A DNA stretch of 64,000 nt from assembly GCA_051531935.1 (NCBI GenBank), contig JAOPTR010000016.1:420697-484696 (forward strand). The letters run 5' to 3'. The position numbers and the translations under genes are program-made. Positions 1 through 8,915 of this stretch are shown here, one piece after another (the first letter of the stretch is position 1; every line of letters starts with the position of its first letter). Under the pieces are notes generated by a model. The model saw only the letters and a list, made by a program, of their open reading frames with translations, ran no database searches and was not told the origin of the DNA. This stretch comes from Hyphomicrobiales bacterium (GTDB lineage: Bacteria > Pseudomonadota > Alphaproteobacteria > Rhizobiales > OSC116).

Positions 1-404
1 ATCAATTTAAACGTTGGAACAAAGCGCGAGTGAAAGGCACATTAAAACCATTGCGCGGCCTTACACGCAGACGCAACGATGAAGCCGAACTATTTGGCAA
101 CCACGAACTTGACGACATGGCACAAGCTGTCGAAACACCAAAGGTTAAAACCAAACTCACAAGCAAGACGAATATCACGGCTGTTGGTGGTGGCGTGGCC
201 GTTTTAGTTGGCCAAGCTGAAACCCTTGATAACATTGCTGACAACCTCAAAAGCATTGGCAAAAAGGGTGGTGATTTGGCCGACAAATTGGGCAGTATTT
301 TTAGCGCCGAGAATTTACCATTAATTGCCGTTGTTTGCGTTATTGGCATGCTTGGTTACATTATCTACGAGCGCAACAGAAAGATTGATCAGCATGGGCT
401 TTAA
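1..404 (+). CDS. Phage lysozyme (GH24-like C-terminal signature) with a C-terminal membrane-anchor extension; 5' end outside the window
   Basis: The frame is open to the window edge, with no stop upstream of the GTG at 30. FKRWNKARVKGTLKPLRGLTRRRNDEAELF resembles the W-K...GL-x-RR-x-x-E-x-LF ending of P22 gp19-type lysozymes. The ORF then continues about 95 aa to the hydrophobic helix LPLIAVVCVIGMLGYIIY and a basic tail. Confidence 0.45.
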   Translation, partial: QFKRWNKARVKGTLKPLRGLTRRRNDEAELFGNHELDDMAQAVETPKVKTKLTSKTNITAVGGGVAVLVGQAETLDNIADNLKSIGKKGGDLADKLGSIFSAENLPLIAVVCVIGMLGYIIYERNRKIDQHGL

Positions 405-684
405 CATCATCCTACGATTATTTAATCTCTTACCGAAATGGCTGCTGATCTCTTCAGTGGCCGTTTTTGTGGCCTATATGTTAGGCATAAGCCATGGCCG
501 TGAGCCTTATCAATTGGCAGCAAAAGTACATGAGGTAAAGGCCAAGCTTATGAACCAAGCATTTGATCAAACAGAAAAGTACATTCGACAGAAAGGAAAG
601 GAAGCCAATGAGACTATTGAAATTGATTATTGCAAAATTTCTGATGCTGACGCTCGTAACCTGCACAACATACGCGCCAATTAG
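394..684 (+). CDS. i-spanin-like protein (N-terminal TM helix plus coiled-coil periplasmic part)
   Basis: The ATG at 394 overlaps the lysozyme stop. The product MGFNIILRLFNLLPKWLLISSVAVFVAYMLGI is followed by charged helical sequence. Its position directly after the lysozyme fits a spanin. Confidence 0.4.
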   Translation: MGFNIILRLFNLLPKWLLISSVAVFVAYMLGISHGREPYQLAAKVHEVKAKLMNQAFDQTEKYIRQKGKEANETIEIDYCKISDADARNLHNIRAN

Positions 685-829
685 TTTACCCAAGAAGCTT
701 ACCACGCCCTGCCCCGAAGTTGGATTTAAAGCGGGAAACATCATTCCTCAAGTTGTGGTGTTAAAAACGGAATATGAGATATGTAAGGCAAAGCATGAAG
801 CCATAATTCAAATTCTCAAGCCTGATTAA
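608..829 (+). CDS. o-spanin-like small lipoprotein, overlapped architecture
   Basis: The ATG at 608 lies in the +1 frame inside the i-spanin ORF and runs 145 nt past its stop. The signal-like N-terminus MRLLKLIIAKFLMLTLVTC is followed by a Pro-rich mature part with further Cys. The lipobox is atypical (Thr at -1). Confidence 0.35.
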   Translation: MRLLKLIIAKFLMLTLVTCTTYAPISLPKKLTTPCPEVGFKAGNIIPQVVVLKTEYEICKAKHEAIIQILKPD

Positions 830-833
830 GGGC

Positions 834-1205
834 CTACAAGCAACTATTGCCAATAAAGCAACTAACGCCAAGTGCAAGAAATGGATAACAAAAAGTAAAA
901 AGGATAGCAATGGGATAGGCTAACATACGTTTTGCATCGTTGTCAGATTGATTAAAAACATACCCTGATATAATAGAATATGGTATCACATAAGGACTAG
1001 CCAAAACCAAATATTGAAAAATAGCAGTGGGTCTGCTGCGTTCGGATTCTGGGGTAAAACTGTAGATGATCGTGACCAAAACAGCTAGGAATGCTATACT
1101 TAAAAATATTCTAAAAAATGCTGACTTTCCTTTACAAAAAAATAACAAGAATTCGAAAATAATAATTTGAGTTAAAACCAGTGTAACAAAAGCAAATACC
1201 AACAT
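834..1205 (-). CDS. Small polytopic membrane protein (about 4 TM), unknown function; prophage-end moron candidate
   Basis: 123-aa ORF antisense to the lysis genes, very AT-rich, with four hydrophobic segments. Confidence 0.5.
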   Translation of the reverse strand: MLVFAFVTLVLTQIIIFEFLLFFCKGKSAFFRIFLSIAFLAVLVTIIYSFTPESERSRPTAIFQYLVLASPYVIPYSIISGYVFNQSDNDAKRMLAYPIAILFTFCYPFLALGVSCFIGNSCL

Positions 1206-1276
1206 CCTATATAATCCTCTAAATAATTATATAGGATTTTCATATATCAGGTTGGCATAAATAACAAACAACTAAA

Positions 1277-1309
1277 GCGGTCGAGGTTAACGCCTTGGCC
1301 GCCTTTTTT
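1277..1309 (+). terminator. Rho-independent terminator-like hairpin
   Basis: gcggtcgagg / ccttggccgc forms a 10-bp stem (2 G-U pairs) with a 6-nt loop, followed by cttttttg. Confidence 0.5.
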
Positions 1310-1503
1310 GTGTCTAAAATCCGAAACGGTAATCCCCGCAACGAACATAAGCCGCCCCATTCGTTCGTTAGCTGTTTTAACGCACATTTGTGAGTGTTAT
1401 TCTATCCGTAAAAAGGTAGACATTTCGCCCATAAGTCATTGAAATTATGTTGAACGGTAGACAGTTTTCCGACCCTAATTTCGTTGATTAACAACGGACA
1501 GTA

Positions 1504-1553
1504 CGGGATTTCTACTCCGAGGGTCAGGGGTTCGAATCCTCTCGCGGGCACCA
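1504..1553 (+). other. 3' half of a tRNA-Arg(UCU)-like gene (anticodon loop to CCA) without a 5' half; probable prophage attR-type junction
   Basis: T arm agggg-ttcgaat-cctct, acceptor 3' strand cgcgggc, discriminator A and encoded CCA (1526-1553). Upstream tttctac fits an anticodon loop with U33, TCT and A37. No gcccgcg acceptor 5' strand or D arm occurs within 100 nt upstream. Confidence 0.5.
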
Positions 1554-2030
1554 ATATTTCATAATATTCTAACATACCTTATTATTCAAAATTTTGGCGC
1601 TCTTTTCATTTTTAGAAGTAATGGAATTATTTGATAAGAGTGAATACGACCTTCTTAGAATATAATAATATTTAGGGAGGATATAATGACTGGTAATCAA
1701 TTTCCCAAATGTAATACATCTGTAGCACCAAGATCAAATTACTTAATTGTATGATTGTATATGTTTTATGACCCACATCAGCGGGCGCGGATCAGTCGGC
1801 TTTGGTCTCGTTGGGTATGTATATTGGGGGAATTGTAAACGCTATTTCAGGGTACTAGATCAATCTAATTGACTTGTGTTGAACGCAACCACCGATTGAA
1901 AAAATAACAGCATTGCCAGAATTTCAACAAGTATGCGAGATTACGGATTTAAGCGACCGTGAACCAATGCCCGTATTAGCAGGCATTGATTTTGTTAGCA
2001 CATGTTGCAACACTATTGCTAACAGCCAGA

Positions 2031-2426
2031 TTATAGTAAAACCGTTGGGCTATTTTTTATTAACTCTTGAAATTCTTCAAACTCTTCCTCGCTACTCATA
2101 TAATTTATTGAGACTTGGGTAATGAGGTTGTTTTGGGCTATGATTTGAGCAAAACCTTGAGATTTCATTTCTTCGTTAGGTGGTGCGAGGATGATTTCGA
2201 AATCAAAGCAAAAGTGTATATCGTCTTCGGTGGTTGTCTCGGTGAACACCAAGTTTGAAGCCGTTGTGATAAGCTGCATTCTGGTTGCGAATTGATTAAA
2301 ATCCTGCTTATCACCTAGATTTAGGAAAAAAGAAAATGAAGGAGAAACCACGTTTGACAAGTTATGTGAATTATTAGCGAGAAATTCGTTAATAAAATAA
2401 TTTACGAGTTTTGAATTATCTGTCAT
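2031..2426 (-). CDS. Hypothetical protein, 131 aa
   Basis: Clean ORF with a GAGG Shine-Dalgarno about 6 nt upstream of the ATG. No motif recognised. Confidence 0.5.
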   Translation of the reverse strand: MTDNSKLVNYFINEFLANNSHNLSNVVSPSFSFFLNLGDKQDFNQFATRMQLITTASNLVFTETTTEDDIHFCFDFEIILAPPNEEMKSQGFAQIIAQNNLITQVSINYMSSEEEFEEFQELIKNSPTVLL

Positions 2427-2704
2427 CTAACGCCTCACTTAAAAATCAGATTGATTAAGTTAGAACTATTACAAAAATTTATTAGTAAAAAGTAAACAAC
2501 TTGGCCATGCCCTGCTTTTACAAGGCCTTCAAAAATGAAGAGGAAAACTCAAATTTTAGACAACGCGCCTAAATTTATCAAGCTACATGGAAGCCTACCA
2601 ATGCTCGCAGCGGTTTTGACGATTAACTACGCCTCCCCCATCAAATGAAACGTGGTGATGCAGTAGACACGAATATAGCGTAGCGGTACCAAAAAATTAC
2701 CTGA

Positions 2705-2930
2705 GCGAAGCTTAGAATGTTTAACAAAGGTACTTATTCTAGTGCAGGGAAACAGCCTAAACGTTGGAACAAACTGCTGGTGGCCAAAAACTCGAAACCC
2801 TTAACAACATTGAGGACAAGCGAAAAACACTAGTGAAAAGATTGGTGGTATGACCAATAAATTGAGCAATATATTTAGCACGGATAACGCGCCATTAATT
2901 GCGATCCTCGGCGTATGTTTTGTTACCTAA
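2705..2930 (+). pseudogene. Decayed second copy of the phage lysozyme 3' end seen at 1-345 (internal deletion, stops, frameshifts)
   Basis: aaacgttggaacaaa is identical at 9-23 and 2759-2773. gaaaccctt..aacattg and ccattaattgc (318-328 vs 2892-2902) align in the same order. About 150 bp is missing between them and the frame is broken. The left boundary is uncertain because the intact copy is cut by the window edge. Confidence 0.6.
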
Positions 2931-3162
2931 CGATTGAGCTTAAGCCAGAGTCGATAGCCAAACAAATTAATGAAACGGATGACAAAATCATTAGAAAACC
3001 TATCAGTTGGTTGAAGTGGGTTCCTTGGCAATCTACTACTTTTTGAACTCTGATTACAAACGAGTATTAGAGCCTCAAAATCACAAATAAATGATTTTAC
3101 TGAAAATTAAACAGTAATTCAGTAATATAAAATCAGAAACAGACCCTATTCTCCGCTTCCAT

Positions 3163-3708
3163 ATGATGAAAGAAACTTTAATGAAACGTTTTGCCTTATG
3201 TATTTTTCTGATATTATTCAATACTACATTATCTTTGGCTAACCCAAAAGAAGACGCTAATTACATTGTCGAACAAACAGTTACGCGAACACTTTTTGAA
3301 GCTTCAATTCAGACATTACGCCCCGTGCTTATTTCTGCAATAGAAAATGATTTTCGAGAAAATGAAATAATTCTTGAAAAGCCTAATAAATTTTTTGATA
3401 TTTTTGTTGATGAATTTATTGAAGAATTTACTGATATCATGCGTAAGGAAACAGGTAAAATATATCTTGATCTCTTTACCGAAAAAGAACTGGCTGACAT
3501 TGCAACATTTTATAGAACTGATACTGGGCAAAAACTAATTCAAAAAACCCCTGCTCTCATGATGGCAGCTTCTCAATTAGGCCAATTTGCAGGAAAAAAG
3601 GCTGGAATAAATGCTAAATCCCGAGTTGCCAAAAGATTGGTAGATAAAGGTATAATCTTCAACGAAGACAAGGGTTTCACTCAACGTCTAATTGATTATT
3701 TCAAATAA
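3163..3708 (+). CDS. Secreted DUF2059-family protein
   Basis: Signal peptide (MKRFALCIFLILFNTTLSLA) and the DUF2059-like core IYLDLFTEKELADIATFYRTDTGQKLIQKTP. Confidence 0.7.
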   Translation: MMKETLMKRFALCIFLILFNTTLSLANPKEDANYIVEQTVTRTLFEASIQTLRPVLISAIENDFRENEIILEKPNKFFDIFVDEFIEEFTDIMRKETGKIYLDLFTEKELADIATFYRTDTGQKLIQKTPALMMAASQLGQFAGKKAGINAKSRVAKRLVDKGIIFNEDKGFTQRLIDYFK

Positions 3709-4060
3709 ATTCTACAAAATTTTTGAATATGCATTTATGAGTGACATTCTCTCGTAAGAAAGCAAACAATTCGTTCTTGAGCCATTGAAACTAATTTAAA
3801 TGGGAGACCATTTATGTAAGAGGATAAATGGATTAACATCTAAATAACTGTAATATTATTTAGGTGTATATTCGGATGAGACTCTATTGAGCGAAAGTGT
3901 TTTTAGGGCTTGAAAATGATTTTCGTACTGGCTTACCTGATAGGAAGCTCAGCACGATCGAAATCTAGTTTTATTTTCGGCTGAGTTACACTTCATTTGC
4001 ACCCTTCTTCAACGTGAATAGGCAGTTGAAGGATTGGTTGTCAGGCTTGGTAGAGGCGTT

Positions 4061-5383
4061 TTAGTATAGCCATCTCATTAAGAATAATGTGATTGATGGG
4101 AAGGCCACTAGTATCACTGTTCTGATTAAATCAGACATTACAAATGGAATTACGCCTCTGAATGTATCTGATAATGGCGTGGTTTTGGCCATTGAGTTAA
4201 TTACAAACAAATTCATCCCGACTGGCGGCGTAATTAACCCCACTTCAACCACAATTAGCACCAACACACCAAACCAAATTGCAAACTCATCTGGCGCCAG
4301 GCCAAAATCTAACCCTGAAACAATTGGGAAAAATATCGGGATGGTCAACAATATCATAGATAGCGAATCCATTACGCAACCCAATATCATATAAATAACT
4401 AGAATGAGCGTCAGAATTACCAAGGGGCTATAGCCAAGTAGCAATACCCAGCTTGCGATTTCCTGCGGCACTTGGCTTAAAGCCAAAAAACCGTTGTAAA
4501 TACTTGCGCCAAAAACAATGAAAAAGATCATTCCAGTAGCAGTTGCAGTTTGCAATATTGAATCTATGACAGTTTCTTTGGTAAGCCCACCATTAAAAAA
4601 CGCCAATAATCCTGTTCCCGCTGCGCCAACTGCCGCACCTTCTGTTGGTGTGAAAATACCCAGATAAATACCACCGACAACAACTAAAAATATGGTCAAG
4701 ACTGGCCATACCTTGAACAATGCGACCATCCGTTCTGAATATGGCGCAGGGTCGCGAGAGCCTGCGGAATTGGGGTAAATTCTGACATAAACAGATATTG
4801 CTACTATATAACCAACAGCGGCCAATATGCCAGGCACCAGAGCTGCAACGAATAGTTTTGCGATATTCTGCTCTGTTAGAATTGCAAAAATAACCAATAC
4901 AAAGGATGGAGGAATAAGGATTCCTAATGTCCCGCCAGCTGCCAACGCACCAGTTGCTAATTTACCTGAATAGCCATATTTGCGTAATTCTGGCAAAGCC
5001 ACCTGCCCCATTGTGGCGGCCGTTGCTAAGGATGATCCACAAATCGCCCCAAAACCCGCACAGGCACCAATAGCAGCCATTGCTACGCCACCTTTTTTAT
5101 GACCCATCCACATTTCGGCGGCTTTAAACAATGCTTGTGACATGCCGCCTAACCTTGCAAATTGCCCCATTAGCAAAAATAAAGGTATGATTGTTAGTGA
5201 ATAACTTGAGAAAGTTGAATAGGTTTCATTTTTAAATTTTGCTAAAATTGGTAACCAATTATCACCTATTAAAAACGAACCGACAAACCCTGTAAGGAGC
5301 ATTGATAAGCCAATAGGAATGCGTATGAAAATTAATAATATAAGTATAGGGAATGACCAAATTCCAATTTCTAAACCGCTCAA
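4061..5383 (-). CDS. TRAP transporter large permease (DctM family)
   Basis: 440 aa, polytopic, full-length DctM-like. Stop/start overlap with the small-permease gene. Confidence 0.9.
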   Translation of the reverse strand: MSGLEIGIWSFPILILLIFIRIPIGLSMLLTGFVGSFLIGDNWLPILAKFKNETYSTFSSYSLTIIPLFLLMGQFARLGGMSQALFKAAEMWMGHKKGGVAMAAIGACAGFGAICGSSLATAATMGQVALPELRKYGYSGKLATGALAAGGTLGILIPPSFVLVIFAILTEQNIAKLFVAALVPGILAAVGYIVAISVYVRIYPNSAGSRDPAPYSERMVALFKVWPVLTIFLVVVGGIYLGIFTPTEGAAVGAAGTGLLAFFNGGLTKETVIDSILQTATATGMIFFIVFGASIYNGFLALSQVPQEIASWVLLLGYSPLVILTLILVIYMILGCVMDSLSMILLTIPIFFPIVSGLDFGLAPDEFAIWFGVLVLIVVEVGLITPPVGMNLFVINSMAKTTPLSDTFRGVIPFVMSDLIRTVILVAFPSITLFLMRWLY

Positions 5384-5916
5384 TGTTGTTCTCCTGAAGT
5401 CAATTTATTTTCCGATGTGCCTTTAATAAGTTCGTTTATGCGCACAAAAACCATATAAATAGCAACGATACACGCCACTAGTGATGCAAGAAAACTAGCT
5501 GCATAAGCCCACCAAATTGGAAATTGAATTATAAAAGTAGTTTCACCATATTTACTCTTAGAAATTGTGCCATCCAATAATTTCCAAGTGATAATAATCA
5601 TAGCAACACCCAATAAGATCTCGGCAATTAGATTGATCCATCGATTAATTGAGTCCGGCAAAAAACTAGTGAATATATCAACAGAAGCATGGCCACGGTT
5701 TAGTTGGCACCAAGGTAGAAACGTGAAAACTGCAAAAGCAGATGCTGCTTCCACAAGCTCAAAATCACCTGGCACAGGCCCTAAACCTATAAATACAAAT
5801 GCCCGCCCAATTATGGATATACACGTTAAAATAATCATCCCTAAAAGCACCACGCCACCTAGAATTGCGCTATATTGAGCTAATTTATTGATGAATGAAT
5901 CTACTTTCAAATTCAT
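5380..5916 (-). CDS. TRAP transporter small permease (DctQ family)
   Basis: 178 aa, 4 TM. It sits between the DctP-like and DctM-like genes and has a 4-nt overlap with dctM. Confidence 0.85.
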   Translation of the reverse strand: MNLKVDSFINKLAQYSAILGGVVLLGMIILTCISIIGRAFVFIGLGPVPGDFELVEAASAFAVFTFLPWCQLNRGHASVDIFTSFLPDSINRWINLIAEILLGVAMIIITWKLLDGTISKSKYGETTFIIQFPIWWAYAASFLASLVACIVAIYMVFVRINELIKGTSENKLTSGEQH

Positions 5917-6008
5917 ACTTATTATCCTCGGAAAATCTAAAAATTTAAAGCAATAAGAACAAGCAGTATTAGAATGCTCACTCTTAACGCTATCTTTTTT
6001 GATTGCTA

Positions 6009-7061
6009 CTATTTTGCTGAATGTTTAGCAATTAAAGCTTTTGCTTCTTCAATCAATGCTTTGCCATCGTAACCTTTTGAGTCCATATCGGCTGCCCATT
6101 TGTCATAAACTGGTTGCGCAGCTTTAGCCCAAGCAGCACTTTGCTCAGCATCAAGAACCATAATGTTGTTGCCATTTTCAACAGCAGCAGCTCTAACTGG
6201 GCCGTCAGCAGCTTCCATGATTTTACCAGCATTTGCACTAAATGCAGCGCCAGAATTATCATCAATAACCTTCTTCAGATCATCTGGTAGGCTTTCATAT
6301 TTATCTTTATTCATGGCCATTACAAATGTCAGCGTATAAAGTGCATTTCCTGTAAATTCAGTGTGGTTGTTTACCAATTCACTAATTTTCAATGAGCCAG
6401 CAACTTCCCAAGGAATTGTTGAACCATTGATAACACCTTTAGACAAAGCTTCAGACACCGCTGGCACAGGCATACCAACTGGTGTAGCACCTAATTCGGT
6501 TAGCATCATGTTGATGGTTCTTGTGGCACCTCGAATTTTCTGACCATTCAAATCGGCAGGAACTTTAACTGGATCGGCCGAATGAATTGCGCCAGGGCCA
6601 TGCACCCAAGTACCCAAAACGTGAAGATCTTTAAATTCTTCATTCTTCATGTCTTTTTCGAATAATTCCCAATAAGCCGCTGAAGTTGCTTCTGCACTTG
6701 GAGAAATAAACGGCAATTCGAACACTTCAGTACGTGGAAAACGGCCTGGTGTGTAACCCACAACTGTCCAGACAATATCGACAACACCATCTGTAACTTG
6801 GTCCATTAGTTGTGGCGGCTTGCCACCAAGTTGCATAGATGGGAAATGATCAATTTTTAATTTGCCACCTGATGCTTTTTCGACCTTATCGCCCCAAATT
6901 TGTAGAATCTGTTTTGGCGCCGTTGCAGGCGCAGGTAAGAACTGATGCAGCTTCAAAGTAATAACATCATCTGCGGCCATCACGGCGCCAACATTTAAAC
7001 TTGCCCCTGCTGCACAAAGCACTGCAGCAACTGCCATTGATTTCAGTGTAAATTTCTTCAT
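6009..7061 (-). CDS. TRAP transporter substrate-binding protein (DctP family), probably for an aromatic acid
   Basis: 350 aa with a signal peptide and DctP-like sequence. First gene of the P-Q-M operon beside the lig/pob genes. Confidence 0.88.
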   Translation of the reverse strand: MKKFTLKSMAVAAVLCAAGASLNVGAVMAADDVITLKLHQFLPAPATAPKQILQIWGDKVEKASGGKLKIDHFPSMQLGGKPPQLMDQVTDGVVDIVWTVVGYTPGRFPRTEVFELPFISPSAEATSAAYWELFEKDMKNEEFKDLHVLGTWVHGPGAIHSADPVKVPADLNGQKIRGATRTINMMLTELGATPVGMPVPAVSEALSKGVINGSTIPWEVAGSLKISELVNNHTEFTGNALYTLTFVMAMNKDKYESLPDDLKKVIDDNSGAAFSANAGKIMEAADGPVRAAAVENGNNIMVLDAEQSAAWAKAAQPVYDKWAADMDSKGYDGKALIEEAKALIAKHSAK

Positions 7062-7143
7062 TTTCTCGCCCTTTTAAAACCTTGCGTTCTATTTTTCAGA
7101 ACTTATTCTTTAGAATTTAATCCATGCCTATATGCCTACTAAA

Positions 7144-7199
7144 TGTATGTTAACATACAACTCACGGTAATTATCAATCTATCAGTTGACTTGTCAACT
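7144..7199. promoter_or_regulatory. Two palindromic operator candidates upstream of the TRAP operon
   Basis: Perfect 16-bp palindrome tgtatgttaacataca (7144-7159) and 7-2-7 palindrome agttgac-tt-gtcaact (7184-7199). They lie 83-138 bp upstream of the dctP-like start. Confidence 0.35.
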
Positions 7200-7467
7200 C
7201 TTATGTAATTTAATGTCATATCCTCATTATTGAATGACTTATCTCTTTATTTTATTTGACTGTCTATTTTTAAATATGCTTCAAATGACCAAGCAACATA
7301 AGCACTTGCTTTGCCAAAATAATATCCATTTCTTAAATAACACGACGCCATTGATTGCCTTTTTAGTTGCATTTTAAAATTCATTTATATGCAAATTAAC
7401 TTGCCTTACTTGCAACTATCATTAAAACTATATGGCATAAGTTGGACCTAAACAGTTATTAAAGACA

Positions 7468-8004
7468 TTGTTTTTTATGGAAAATGACCTGAATGAAAGC
7501 TCAAACGAAGTGAATGATGTTTCATTTGAGAATACAAACACTTCATCCACTCAGAAATACGGTGATCGTGATGTCCTAAATCTAGATAATTACATCCCTT
7601 TTTATTTAGCCAGTGTGAACAATAAACTGGCAAGTGGTGCGTCGTCAATTTATAGAGAAAAATTTGATATCGGTATAGTTGAATGGCGGGTTATTTCGAT
7701 GTTAGCGATAGAACATGGAATTAATGCCCAGCGAATTTGCGATAAAATTGGCCTCGATAAAGGTGCAACAAGCAAGGCATTAAAAACACTTTTCGCAAAC
7801 GGGAAATTACACTGCATTGCCTCTAAATCCGACCAACGACAAAGAACTTGGTGGCTAAATGATAAGGGGTTTGAATTACACGATCAAATTATTTCAATTG
7901 CCCTTGAGCGTGAAAAAAAATTGACCGAAAATATTTCACCTGATGATTTAAACGCTTTCCACCGCACTATGAAGTTAATGAAAGATAACCTTAAAAACAT
8001 GTGA
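7468..8004 (+). CDS. MarR-family transcriptional regulator
   Basis: Winged-helix MarR pattern (IVEWRVISMLA...INAQRICDKIGLDKGATSKALKTL...SDQRQR). Divergent from the TRAP operon. Confidence 0.8.
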   Translation: MFFMENDLNESSNEVNDVSFENTNTSSTQKYGDRDVLNLDNYIPFYLASVNNKLASGASSIYREKFDIGIVEWRVISMLAIEHGINAQRICDKIGLDKGATSKALKTLFANGKLHCIASKSDQRQRTWWLNDKGFELHDQIISIALEREKKLTENISPDDLNAFHRTMKLMKDNLKNM

Positions 8005-8030
8005 CGGCTGAAGATGCTTAAAAGTTATGT

Positions 8031-8069
8031 TCCCGCAGAGAATTTAAAATTATCTGCGGGATATTTTTT
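8031..8069 (+). terminator. Rho-independent terminator after the marR-like gene
   Basis: tcccgcaga / tctgcggga forms a 9-bp stem followed by atttttta. Confidence 0.55.
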
Positions 8070-8913
8070 ACGTTTCGTGACTTAGAAGCAATGTTCCAGC
8101 CCCAGTATTGGAAATAGGAATTGTGTAATTAAAGTGCAATTGCTCGACCTTACCTGGCAACGCACCGCGCATGCCCATCCACATGTTAAATTCAACACCT
8201 TGGGCGCCCGCATTTTCGATAATATCGCGTATTGAAAATTTAAACAGATATTCAGGGTCTTTAACCAATTTGTCCAAACACATTAGGTCAAATTCTTTAT
8301 TAATAAAGCCTGCATTTTCACCATCTAGCTGATGAGAAAGACCACCTGTACCAAATATAACGACATCCAAATCTTTATCATAAGATTGAATTGCTTTTGC
8401 AATTGACTGGCCTAAATTATAGCAACGTTTGAGTGATGGCATAGGATGTAATTCGCAATTAATAACAACTGGAATGACTTTAACACCGCCATAATTTGGG
8501 TCGTTTGGGTACATAAGCTGCATTGGCACCGTTAAACCATGATCAACGCCTAATTCTTGGCAAATGCTGATATCAAATTCATCTTCGACCAAATTATTGC
8601 AAATGTGCCATGAGAGATCTGGATCGCCCTTTATTGGTGGAATTGTAGCCAAGCCCCAACCTTCATCATAGCTGATATATTCTTCGGCAGCGCCAATTGA
8701 AAAGGTTGGTTTTTTGTCTAGGAAAAACTCCAAACCATGGTCATTATAAAAAACCACGGCCACATCGGGTTTTTTCTCTTCTAGCCAATTCCAAATCGGA
8801 ATATGCCCATCGAAAAAACCTTTCCAATAGGGTTCTTGTTGTTGTTGTTTTGCGATTGCCAGCCCGATTGCGGGAATGTGTGACGAGCCAATGGCTCCGA
8901 TAATTTTAGCCAT
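8068..8913 (-). CDS. ligB: Protocatechuate 4,5-dioxygenase beta subunit (class III extradiol dioxygenase, LigB type)
   Basis: 281 aa. The LigB-family N-terminus MAKIIGAIGSSHIP and the His-rich active-site region are present. It directly follows the small alpha subunit. Confidence 0.85.
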   Translation of the reverse strand: MAKIIGAIGSSHIPAIGLAIAKQQQQEPYWKGFFDGHIPIWNWLEEKKPDVAVVFYNDHGLEFFLDKKPTFSIGAAEEYISYDEGWGLATIPPIKGDPDLSWHICNNLVEDEFDISICQELGVDHGLTVPMQLMYPNDPNYGGVKVIPVVINCELHPMPSLKRCYNLGQSIAKAIQSYDKDLDVVIFGTGGLSHQLDGENAGFINKEFDLMCLDKLVKDPEYLFKFSIRDIIENAGAQGVEFNMWMGMRGALPGKVEQLHFNYTIPISNTGAGTLLLSHET

Positions 8914-8915
8914 GA

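Larger units (their letters stand above)
1..1553 (+). mobile_element. Right-hand end of a prophage (lysis cassette, antisense moron, tRNA-half att-like junction); the body of the element lies left of the window
   Basis: Lysozyme C-terminal signature, overlapped spanin-like ORF pair, then a tRNA 3' half with no 5' half at 1504-1553. Inferred from gene content and order. Confidence 0.5.

Noticed and set aside
1526-1553. T arm plus CCA considered as the 3' end of a (two-piece) tmRNA
   Set aside because: The acceptor strand cgcgggc implies G1-C72/C2-G71/C3-G70, with no G3:U70 alanine identity pair. No tag-like reading frame or matching 5' strand lies nearby. A tRNA-Arg 3' fragment explains it better.
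1686-1754. 22-codon ORF (MTGNQFPKCNTSVAPRSNYLIV) with a strong AGGGAGGA Shine-Dalgarno in the prophage-remnant spacer
   Set aside because: It is too short, has no hydrophobic or other recognisable character, and cannot be distinguished from chance or from a relic of a decayed phage gene start without expression or conservation data.
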